A stretch of 64,000 nucleotides of DNA from assembly GCA_020184695.1 (NCBI GenBank), contig JAANOX010000018.1:1-64000 (forward strand), given 5' to 3'. Source of the DNA: Histomonas meleagridis 2922-C6/04-290x (Eukaryota; Protista; Parabasalia). The position numbers and the translations under genes are program-made. The notes beneath the pieces are model-generated. The model saw nothing but the letters and a program-made list of their open reading frames with translations. It ran no database searches and was not told where the DNA came from. Each line of letters begins with the position of its first letter. Within the stretch, counting starts at the first letter, position 1. Shown one piece after another: positions 55,649-64,000 of this stretch.

Positions 55649-56261
55649 TGTTTGATCAATTGGTGAAATTCTATGAGAAAAAACACGAAAATTTTGTGTT
55701 TCTTTTCTTGGATTAAAAAGATTTTAAATGAGATTCATTTTCTTTATCACTTTTTGCATTTATTTGTAAAGGATTAATAGGATATAACCCAAAAACAAAC
55801 AAATCTTGATTCGAATCATCATAAAGCATTTTGATTTAATCAACACATCAAACTTTGATGTTTTTGTAATCCTTTGAAAATTGAGTTTCAAATTTTTATC
55901 ATAAAATTCTTTTTTTTATAATTTCTCATGTTTTAATTTATGAATGTAAAGAAATATTCGTGAAGAAGGAATCCAATTAAGGTGACCAATTGGGAATTTT
56001 AAGAGACAATAAATTTTAAGCAATAAAAAGCCGTCAGATGCATCTGCTCATTTTTTGGAGAATAAAATAGAATTTTGGGTTCAAAAAAATATAATATTAA
56101 CTTTTTACTTTATATTTTTTTTACAAAAATATATAGAAATAATAAACTAATGTTTTATCCCATATAAATCTTGTTTTAACAAGGAAATTTTCATTTTATG
56201 AAATTGTTTGCAGGTTGATAAAAATTAAATGGAAATATGGTCATTTCATTATTTTTTCTTC

Positions 56262-57110
56262 ATGGAAAAAGCAAAACTAAGCAATGGAGTAGAAATCCCT
56301 CTTGAAGGCTTTGGAGTTTTTCAAATACCAGATCTTGACCAATGTAAGCAAGCAGTTCTTGACGCAATTAATGCTGGTTACAGATTAATAGATACAGCTA
56401 CATATTACCACAATGAGGAGGCTGTAGGAGCTGCTATTAAAGAGTGTGGTATCCCAAGGGACCAACTTTTTATAGTTTCTAAAGTTTGGCCACAAGATGC
56501 AGGATATGAAAATACAAAGATAGCATTTGAAACATCTTTAAACAAACTTGGTCTTGACTACTTAGATCTATATTTAGTTCACCAGCCATTTGGAGATTAT
56601 TATGGCTCATGGCGAGCTTTACAAGAATTGTATGAAGCTAAAAAAGTACGTGCAATTGGTGTTTCAAACTTCTACCCTGATCGCCTTCTTGATCTTTGTC
56701 TTAACGTTAAGATTATTCCACATGTTAATCAAGTTGAATGTAATCCATTTTTCCAAAGAGTCAAAGAGATTGAAATCATGAAAGAGTATAACATTCTGAT
56801 GGAAGCATGGGCACCACTTGCAGAGGCCAGATTCGGAATTTTTGAAAACGAAACATTAAAGAAGATTGCTGCAAATCATAATAAAACCGTGGCCCAAATT
56901 ATATTACGTTGGAACACACAAAGAGGAATCGTTGTTCTCCCAAAGTCTGTTCATAAGGAACGTATAGAAGAAAATTTCAATATTTGGGATTTCAAATTAA
57001 CTGATGAAGAAATGGGTGAAATTGCAAAACTTGATAAAGGGCATAGCCAAATTTGTAACCATTATGATCCAGCATATGTCAAGAAACTTAATAATGCTAA
57101 AGTTCATTAA
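56262..57110 (+). CDS. Aldo-keto reductase (bacterial 2,5-DKG reductase-like)
   Basis: GFGVFQ, IDTATYY, SKVW, DLYLVHQP, IGVSNF, PKSVHKERIEENF. Likely ATG at 56262 after TCATTTCATT. Confidence 0.92.
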   Translation: MEKAKLSNGVEIPLEGFGVFQIPDLDQCKQAVLDAINAGYRLIDTATYYHNEEAVGAAIKECGIPRDQLFIVSKVWPQDAGYENTKIAFETSLNKLGLDYLDLYLVHQPFGDYYGSWRALQELYEAKKVRAIGVSNFYPDRLLDLCLNVKIIPHVNQVECNPFFQRVKEIEIMKEYNILMEAWAPLAEARFGIFENETLKKIAANHNKTVAQIILRWNTQRGIVVLPKSVHKERIEENFNIWDFKLTDEEMGEIAKLDKGHSQICNHYDPAYVKKLNNAKVH

Positions 57111-57267
57111 AAAGATAAAGCTTCTAATTCACTTTTTACTAATGATTAAAAGCAAATTTAATTTTTAAAATTTACAAGATTCATTAATTAGAGAAAACTA
57201 AACTTCAAATGATCCAAAAGAACGCATATAAACCATTTAAAAATGTCACTTTTACATACAAAAGGTT

Positions 57268-57885
57268 CTATCGGCTCGTATAACTCAGAACCTGGCCTAT
57301 TGTTACATTCTTTGCTGGCCGGCTTGATAAAGAAATCGATATAAATTGTCCAGGATCTTGTGCCAAGTCAAATATAGCACCTTGAATTGATCCATAGTTG
57401 GAATGAATTGCGTTAAGAATAATATCGTAAGGAATGTTCTTATTAAAGTAATAATAAATTTTTTTAACTGCTCTGACAAAAACATCCTCTTCTGCTTGTG
57501 GTCTTTTGGATGGAATTGAGGTATGAGATGTGGCCGTGTCATTTTCTTGTTCAGCTTCACCTTCTTCTATTGTCATTGGAGAAGGTTCGTTTTCGCTTTC
57601 TTCATCATATTCATATTGATTAAATTCATCTTCATCTGATGGAAGCGGAGGTGGATAAAAATCATTTTCTGATTCAACACTTTGATCTCCTAATTTGGAT
57701 AGAAGTTTATTAACCTCTGAAGCATAAGGATTAGGGTGAATAATGTCATTTATGGGACTATCATCAGATTTTGAATCTAAATTTATTTTCGATTTTATTT
57801 CTATATCAGAGCCTTCCCCATCAGATTCAGAAGTTGAATAATCTGAATAAAATTTATCATCACCAATGATGGAAAACTTCTTCAT
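57268..57885 (-). CDS. Acidic disordered protein with a short C-terminal helical (CUE/UBA- or Rap1C-like) domain
   Basis: D/E/S-rich body; C-terminal VKKIYYYFNKNIPYDIILNAIHSNYGSIQGAIFDL. Confidence 0.55.
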   Translation of the reverse strand: MKKFSIIGDDKFYSDYSTSESDGEGSDIEIKSKINLDSKSDDSPINDIIHPNPYASEVNKLLSKLGDQSVESENDFYPPPLPSDEDEFNQYEYDEESENEPSPMTIEEGEAEQENDTATSHTSIPSKRPQAEEDVFVRAVKKIYYYFNKNIPYDIILNAIHSNYGSIQGAIFDLAQDPGQFISISLSSRPAKNVTIGQVLSYTSR

Positions 57886-57935
57886 TTGGGAACGGCAATT
57901 GCTAAGCAAACAAACTTAGTCAAATACTCGGATTA

Positions 57936-59003
57936 ATGATAGATTCAGTTAAACAATTGTTTCAATTTTATTGATTCAAGTGATGAATCTGCAAAAAAAA
58001 TATTGAAAGTAATTGAAAACACACGCAAAGTTAGGAAATACGATCTTGTAATAATTTTGCTCAATCAGTGAATTTCATAATCAACAGATTTTCAGAAAAT
58101 TATCCAACATCATCTACATACGATCATAAATTATGTGTATCATTTTTAATGAAAAATGATACTTTTGATATATATTTGAAGTTGCTTCAGTAAATCAAAA
58201 ATGAAAATTTAGAAATATTAAATACTTTGGCAATTCCTTCTTCAAAAAAGAACATTTCTATCATATTATTTTCTTAATCATTTAATTGAACAAAAAATCT
58301 TTCAAAACATAAGCAATTCATTTTTTTGGGTAAAACGAAACGAATGGATTTAAATCTAATTCTCACAACAAAAACATTGGCTATGAATTAATGAAATTAA
58401 TTAGAAATGCATAATCCAAATGAAATTACAAAAATAATCCTAAATAGAAAGACTTCAAGATATCAACATTTTAGCATATGATGAAAAATATTTTTTGTTA
58501 ACAAACCAAATGTTATATTAATTGAATATGCAGCATTTTTTGGTTCAGTTTCCATTTACTTATGAATGCAATTATTACATGTATATATGCAGCTGGATGT
58601 GGAAATGATGAAATCATTCACTTATGTGAACAAAATTATTCAACATTTAAAGATGCATATGAAGTACCAGTTGAATTTTACTTAAAATTTATAAAACTAT
58701 TTTATATAGAAATGGTTAAATTACTTCTTGTTCAAGAAGGAATTGATGTTAATGCTAAAGATATTTATTTGTTTTATTTAATATTTATTTAAATAATTTA
58801 GAATTTAAAAATAATATTTGGAAATTATTTAAATTATTTTGGACAGCACTTATGAATGCATCTGAAAATGGTCGCATTGATTAATTTTAATAATTCTTTA
58901 TTTCACAATAATAATTGAAAATTATTTAAATTATTTGATACAGCACTTTCTTTAGCATCAAGTTTGTGTCATTTAGAAAACTTTTCCTTCTAAATAGATA
59001 AAT
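57936..59003 (+). pseudogene. Decayed paralog of the 42876 ankyrin gene, retaining an 80-nt insert
   Basis: IEYAAFFGSV, GCGNDEIIHLCEQ, EMVKLLLVQEGIDVNAKD, then 80 nt (58763-58842), then TALMNASENG; many stops and frameshifts upstream. Confidence 0.8.
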
Positions 59004-59507
59004 TACACACCAAACAAAAAGAAATTAGTGGTAATTAATTTTATAAAGAAATTCTGAAGTTAAGTGTTGTCTGTCTCATTTTTCCTAATTCCACTAAGAT
59101 TGTTGTAAAATTTCAATTTGGAAAACCGGTTAAAATCTGGATGCCCATATTAACCTCGAAAGTCAAATTTCACTCAAATATTTCTGTTGTGCTCTGAATT
59201 CCCGTTTTTTATAAAAAACGTTCTCCAACAAAAAAATTTTTCTAATGTGATCTTCTTCAAATGCACCTGCTTTCTAATTTCCACTCTTTTTATTTTACCA
59301 TATTATGCTTAATCATTTTTTTTATATCCAATGCGAATTTCAAAAAACGATTGCAAACAGTACAAGGTATTTGGTGAAATGGTTTGTTACCTTTTTCAGA
59401 GATACGATTAAAATGCACTGAAACAGAGGAGGATTTTCAATTGATAGAATTTTTTTCGATTTTTTTTGATCGTTATGTAAAGTTATAAAAACAAACACAA
59501 ATTCCGA

Positions 59508-60125
59508 ATGGGTTGTGGGGCATCTTCAGATGCAAACAAAGAAGCAGTTGACCAAGCCAAAATTGATCAGTGCGTCCTTGATCTAAAGGTAGCTCGTGAT
59601 AGGCTTAAGAAGTACCAAAACCAACAAGAAAGGACTTCAGAAATCGAACTTCAAAAGGCCAAAGAACTTATTGCTAAGAAATCCATTGAGCGAGCCAAGC
59701 TTATTCTTAGGCAAAGGAAACAGCGTGAGACATTAATCATGAATGCAGAAAAGATGCTTCAAAATGTCGAAAATCAAATTAATAATGTTGAGACCAAACA
59801 AATCCAAATGGATGTAATGAACAACATTAAAGAAACTAACACTATTCTTAAGCAAATGAATGATCTTATGCCAATCGAAGAAGTTGAAGCAATCATGGAT
59901 GAGAATGAAGAACAAACAGAACGTCTCAACGAAATCACCAGCCTCTTGACACAGAACATGTCACAGGTTGACGAAGATGAATGTGAGGCCGAATATGAGA
60001 AGATGTACAGAGAGATGATGGGTGGAGAAGAACAAGCTTCAGAAAAGGAATCAGGTCAAGAACAAGAACAAGAAGAACCCGAAGAAGAGTCAGAACGCCC
60101 ACAGAGAGTTGCAATGATGGCATAA
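59508..60125 (+). CDS. VPS20: ESCRT-III subunit Vps20/CHMP6
   Basis: MG N-myristoylation start; VLDLKVARDRLKKYQ; Snf7-type helices; acidic tail. Confidence 0.85.
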   Translation: MGCGASSDANKEAVDQAKIDQCVLDLKVARDRLKKYQNQQERTSEIELQKAKELIAKKSIERAKLILRQRKQRETLIMNAEKMLQNVENQINNVETKQIQMDVMNNIKETNTILKQMNDLMPIEEVEAIMDENEEQTERLNEITSLLTQNMSQVDEDECEAEYEKMYREMMGGEEQASEKESGQEQEQEEPEEESERPQRVAMMA

Positions 60126-60165
60126 GTAAATCGATAATTCAAAAAAGTAAATTTTTAGTTTTTCT

Positions 60166-60630
60166 TTAGAACTTCATAAGATGTGGACGATCTCCTGGCT
60201 TAAGACTGAATGTAGACTTGAGGTAATCAATCATTTCTGGGATCTTTTCTGCTGCTGAATTGATTGCTGCTGCTGAACCAGCTTCATCAACCTTTCCAAT
60301 ATCGAGCTTAGAGGATGTAGCAATTAAGAAATCTTGGTCAATTTCAATTGGTTTGATAGCTGGACCATTGACTTTAACAAGGCCATTTCCATTATCAGCA
60401 AAAACAACGCCACGTTTTCCTTTAAATTCACCATCAAGAATAATGACAATAGTTCCGATTTGAATGGAAGAACGTGTTTTTCTTTCTGGAACTGGGATTT
60501 CTTCAGGTTTGATTGGATCAATTTCAGCAGCAACAGCTGGGCGTGTTAAAGCAACACGTGGGATCCCATGCCATGTTGGTTTTCTAGGATCTCTCTTTTG
60601 GATTGGTGCTATGAAAAGGAGTTCGGCCAT
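60166..60630 (-). CDS. RPL6: 60S ribosomal protein eL6
   Basis: RSSIQIGTIVIILDGEFKGKRGV, IATSSKLD, YLKSTFSLKPGDRPHLMKF. ATG at 60630. Confidence 0.88.
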   Translation of the reverse strand: MAELLFIAPIQKRDPRKPTWHGIPRVALTRPAVAAEIDPIKPEEIPVPERKTRSSIQIGTIVIILDGEFKGKRGVVFADNGNGLVKVNGPAIKPIEIDQDFLIATSSKLDIGKVDEAGSAAAINSAAEKIPEMIDYLKSTFSLKPGDRPHLMKF

Positions 60631-60636
60631 TTTTGA

Positions 60637-60646
60637 AAAGGAAAGG
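60637..60646 (-). promoter_or_regulatory. Tandem CCTTT (trichomonad M5 core promoter motif)
   Basis: CCTTTCCTTT lies 7-16 nt upstream of the RPL6 ATG; M5 is typical of trichomonad ribosomal protein genes. Confidence 0.65.
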
Positions 60647-60775
60647 CCAATCGCAAAGTCACTTTTGTACAACCGTTTATTATTGTTTTTCTAGTTTATT
60701 TCAAAAGTACTTCATTTCAAAGGTTAAATACCGTTTTCAGGGTGCCCTCCAAAACTGGTCAAATTTACTAAAAAT

Positions 60776-61399
60776 ATGAACCATGTCCCGGATTTATTCG
60801 TTGGCAATCTTCCTTTCGACATCACTGAAGAAGAAATTCGTCAATTGTTTTCACGTTGTGGAGTCGTTCAGCGAGTTAACATATTAATTGATCAAAATAC
60901 AGGAAATTCTAAAGGTGTTGCATTTGTTAGGTACTCAACTGAAGAAGAGATGCGCCGTGCTCTCAATGAGTTCAATGATTTTTCCTATAATAATCGAATA
61001 TTTCGAGTAAAAATTGCTAAAAACAAACAAGAAAGACATGATCAAATCGACAATAAGCCTTACACAAGGTATTATGATGATCAAACCAAAATAGATCCAC
61101 ATCAAAATGATCCTCGAATAAATTCATCTTCTACTTCTGCTCCAAGGAATGGTACTCTTTCATTTGACGACATAGAATCACAGCTAAATGAGCACCGCAA
61201 TCAACTTATCAACTTACTTTCTATGATCTGCAATTCATGGGATGATGAAATTACTCTTTATAAAGAAATACAAAACCGTACACAACCACAAGAATTTAAT
61301 GAACTTCTTCCTTTACTCCAGATGCTTCTTCAACAATCTAATGAAGAAAAAGCTCGTCATAGCATTAGTTTTTATCCCAATTCCACACGCCCATTCTAA
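60776..61399 (+). CDS. RRM-domain RNA-binding protein
   Basis: RNP2 LFVGNL and RNP1 KGVAFVRY. Confidence 0.9.
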   Translation: MNHVPDLFVGNLPFDITEEEIRQLFSRCGVVQRVNILIDQNTGNSKGVAFVRYSTEEEMRRALNEFNDFSYNNRIFRVKIAKNKQERHDQIDNKPYTRYYDDQTKIDPHQNDPRINSSSTSAPRNGTLSFDDIESQLNEHRNQLINLLSMICNSWDDEITLYKEIQNRTQPQEFNELLPLLQMLLQQSNEEKARHSISFYPNSTRPF

Positions 61400-61477
61400 T
61401 ATTTGAAGAAAATTATATTATTATTCAAAGGAAATCAATCGCAACCAACAAAAAAAAAGTTTTATTTTTGATATTTT

Positions 61478-62410
61478 TTAGTGCATTGTTTCAATTGCCG
61501 AAGTTCTCCAAACGCCTATTTGAGATTTTAATTTTTCGATTATATCATTTGGTACTTTATCATTTGGTTTCATTTTTTCGAACACATCTAACCAATAATC
61601 GGTGATATTTTTTGCTTCTTCATTTTGTTGAAGGATATTCATTGATTGAAGTCTTCCTTTAATTTGACGAATTAATTGTAAGTATTGACCTGCAGTTACT
61701 GCATCTACCATACAATAATCACTTAACGTCGTGAAATCTGTACCAAGTGCGACAGCTTGTTGTAAATCGACATTATTTGAATGGTTTAAACTTGTACTAA
61801 TTTCTGGTGTACTATTAAATAATGCAGCGAAAGCATAACTACCTGATAATTTACAATGATTACAAAATGTTCGAATATCTTCTGTCGTTAAATTAAGTGC
61901 GTTTTGAACTGTATTAAATTGTGACTGAAGTTCACTAAATAATTTATTATGTTCTTCTGATGTAATATAACCATTACAATATTCATCTTCTAATGATTCG
62001 ATAGTACTAATTAAACTGTAAAGATTAGCATAACGCCCTTCTTGACCTTCTGGAATTTGATGTTTCGTTTCTTCAACAATTAATAATTGCGTTTCATCTT
62101 TTAATGTCGTTTCTCTTTCTATTGCTGACGAAATCATTGTTTGATTTGTTTTGTTTATGTTGAAGTAATTGTTGTTTGTTTCTTCTGAAGAAAAATTCAT
62201 TTCGCTGTATGTGGTACTTGTAGTGTTATAATATGTCATTATGGAGTTTGGATATATATCATTCGGTGGTCTCATTGTAATTGTTGTTCTTAAATTTGGC
62301 GTTGGTTGTAGATATTGGATTTTGTTGTGTTTTTTGTTCTTCTTCTTTGTGTTTTTTGGATTGTTGGGTTGTTCTATGGATTTTTGATATCGCATAAATG
62401 GATAAGACAT
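61478..62410 (-). CDS. VPS28: VPS28-like ESCRT-I subunit with N/T/K-rich N-terminal extension
   Basis: RYANLYSLISTIESLEDEY..IT.EE..FTTLSD..W...MKPND matches the VPS28 N- and C-domain pattern. Confidence 0.75.
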   Translation of the reverse strand: MSYPFMRYQKSIEQPNNPKNTKKKNKKHNKIQYLQPTPNLRTTITMRPPNDIYPNSIMTYYNTTSTTYSEMNFSSEETNNNYFNINKTNQTMISSAIERETTLKDETQLLIVEETKHQIPEGQEGRYANLYSLISTIESLEDEYCNGYITSEEHNKLFSELQSQFNTVQNALNLTTEDIRTFCNHCKLSGSYAFAALFNSTPEISTSLNHSNNVDLQQAVALGTDFTTLSDYCMVDAVTAGQYLQLIRQIKGRLQSMNILQQNEEAKNITDYWLDVFEKMKPNDKVPNDIIEKLKSQIGVWRTSAIETMH

Positions 62411-63853
62411 CGAAAGAAATGCACTAATGAAAAAATTATATGTGAAAAAAAAACTTAAACTAAAACTTTGAGATTTGAATTGCTATCATATAAAAGGTGT
62501 TTAATTTTTTCTAAATCAAAACTTTTATTTTCATTTTCATATGTAAATATTAAAGGATTATAAAATGATATTTTTATTTTAAAAAATTAGGATATATTTA
62601 AATCTTTTTGTAATGTTTAAATTTTAATTAATTATTTCTTCATTTTTTATAATTTCGTCCAAAATTATGGCAGTTTTATAACGTCAAAGTGAAATTTGTT
62701 TTTCACAGCTTATATGGTCGGCTAATTATTTCTTTGAAGAAATAATGATAGAAGCCACTTTTGTGTAATTTACACAAACAGTTTTTGAATTAAAATCGAC
62801 TTTTTCAGAACCGTTTCTTCCGACAGTTTTATTAGAGCAAGCTTCAAGATGTATCCATACATGGGAGCTCAAGGATATGCCCAACAAGGCTATGGTTATG
62901 GTCAGATGGGTTACGGAATGGGACAACAGTCCATGGTGCAATCAAACGGATATCCTGGTACACAACCTATGGCTTATCCAGGTGCAACACAAATGCCAAC
63001 AACAAATATCAACCCTATGGGTGGTGCAGTTCCTCGAAATTTAGGTGCTTCTCTTCAACCAAATGCAAGACCTTCATTTGTTCAATCAATTATCCGCCCA
63101 GGACAACTCATAAGTTCTGGACAGCAGCCAGTACCTGGCAATCCTGTTCCATATTCGGGAGCAGTCTCAACGACAGGAACCATGCAAGGTGCAGCTCCAC
63201 ATGCAGCACCAGGATCAACAGGAGGCATGAACGCACCAGGTTCACAAAGCACTGCCCCAGGCTCAGGAAGTAGCCAACCACCAAAACCATCATTCAGAAT
63301 TCCAGAAGGTCAAGAAGGGCGTTATGCTAATCTTTACAGTTTAATTAGTACTATCGAATCATTAGAAGATGAATATTGTAATGGTTATATTACATCAGAA
63401 GAACATAATAAATTATTTAGTGAACTTCAGTCACAATTTAATACAGTTCAAAACGCACTTAATTTAACGACAGAAGATATTCGAACATTTTGTAATCATT
63501 GTAAATTATCAGGTAGTTATGCTTTCGCTGCATTATTTAATAGTACACCAGAAATTAGTACAAGTTTAAACCATTCAAATAATGTCGATTTTACAACAAG
63601 CTGTCGCACTTGGTACAGATTTCACGACGTTAAGTGATTATTGTATGGTAGATGCAGTAACTGCAGGTCAATACTTACAATTAATTCGTCAAATTAAAGG
63701 AAGACTTCAATCAATGAATATCCTTCAACAAAATGAAGAAGCAAAAAATATCACCGATTATTGGTTAGATGTGTTCGAAAAAATGAAACCAAATGATAAA
63801 GTACCAAATGATATAATCGAAAAATTAAAATCTCAAATAGGCGTTTGGAGAAC
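61503..63853. repeat. 555/556-bp inverted repeat (61503-62057 versus 63298-63853) with a 1240-bp spacer
   Basis: Line-by-line comparison shows identity except for a single T indel. Confidence 0.95.
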
Positions 63854-63878
63854 ATCAGTCATCGACTCAATGCATTAA
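62849..63878 (+). CDS. VPS28: Second VPS28-like gene with Q/G/P/Y/M-rich N-terminus; +1 frameshift near 63590 (real or sequencing error)
   Basis: ORFs 62849-63637 and 63582-63878 join if one T is removed from GATTTTACA (the other copy has GATTTACA). Confidence 0.72.
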
Positions 63879-64000
63879 GTAAACGAAACAATTTTGCAAT
63901 TTTTGTTTAAATTTTGTTGTTTTCTCATTGCAATAAAGTTATCAGTTTGAATTTTGTTTTTAACGTTTTTGGTGAAGTGTTTGAGCTTTTGTTCATATTT

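Noticed and set aside
3634-63293. Numerous short ORFs overlapping or antisense to the long genes (e.g. 6473-6949, 10283-10672, 37320-37799, 52435-52776)
   Set aside because: Shadow frames of well-supported CDSs without motifs of their own.
1-64000. tRNA, rRNA or prokaryotic operon/defence systems
   Set aside because: No cloverleaf or rRNA-like segments, Shine-Dalgarno patterns or operonic organisation were seen.

Overview
AT-rich, gene-dense eukaryotic DNA, most consistent with a parabasalid protist (Tritrichomonas/Trichomonas-like). Evidence: nearly intronless genes, Inr/M2/M5-type promoter motifs, BspA and ankyrin family members, and bacterial-type metabolic genes. Housekeeping and trafficking genes include BET bromodomain, Wee-like kinase, Prp28-like helicase, RBX1, RhoGDI, gelsolin, TKL kinase, AP-1 gamma, cullin, NCKAP1, MSH5, Myb, ADP-forming acetyl-CoA synthetase, CLEC16A-like, DHHC, TOR, SmE, PPase, AKR, VPS20, eL6 and two VPS28 genes, interspersed with transposon relics. 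The main discovery candidate is an ankyrin gene (minus strand, 42876-40370) whose C-terminal half is a regular array: seven stop-free 90-nt ankyrin modules plus a terminal module, each preceded by an AT-rich insert of exactly 80 nt (one is 63 nt) at the same position in the repeat. The inserts contain stops or shift the frame, lack GT-AG and the parabasalid branch motif, and recur at three other loci in the window. This suggests an undescribed non-canonical excision or recoding system. Also notable: two 23-nt spliceosomal introns in RBX1 (missed by the ORF track), and a head-to-head VPS28 pair sharing a 555-bp block that is identical except for one T. Coordinates were counted by hand; no database searches were run.
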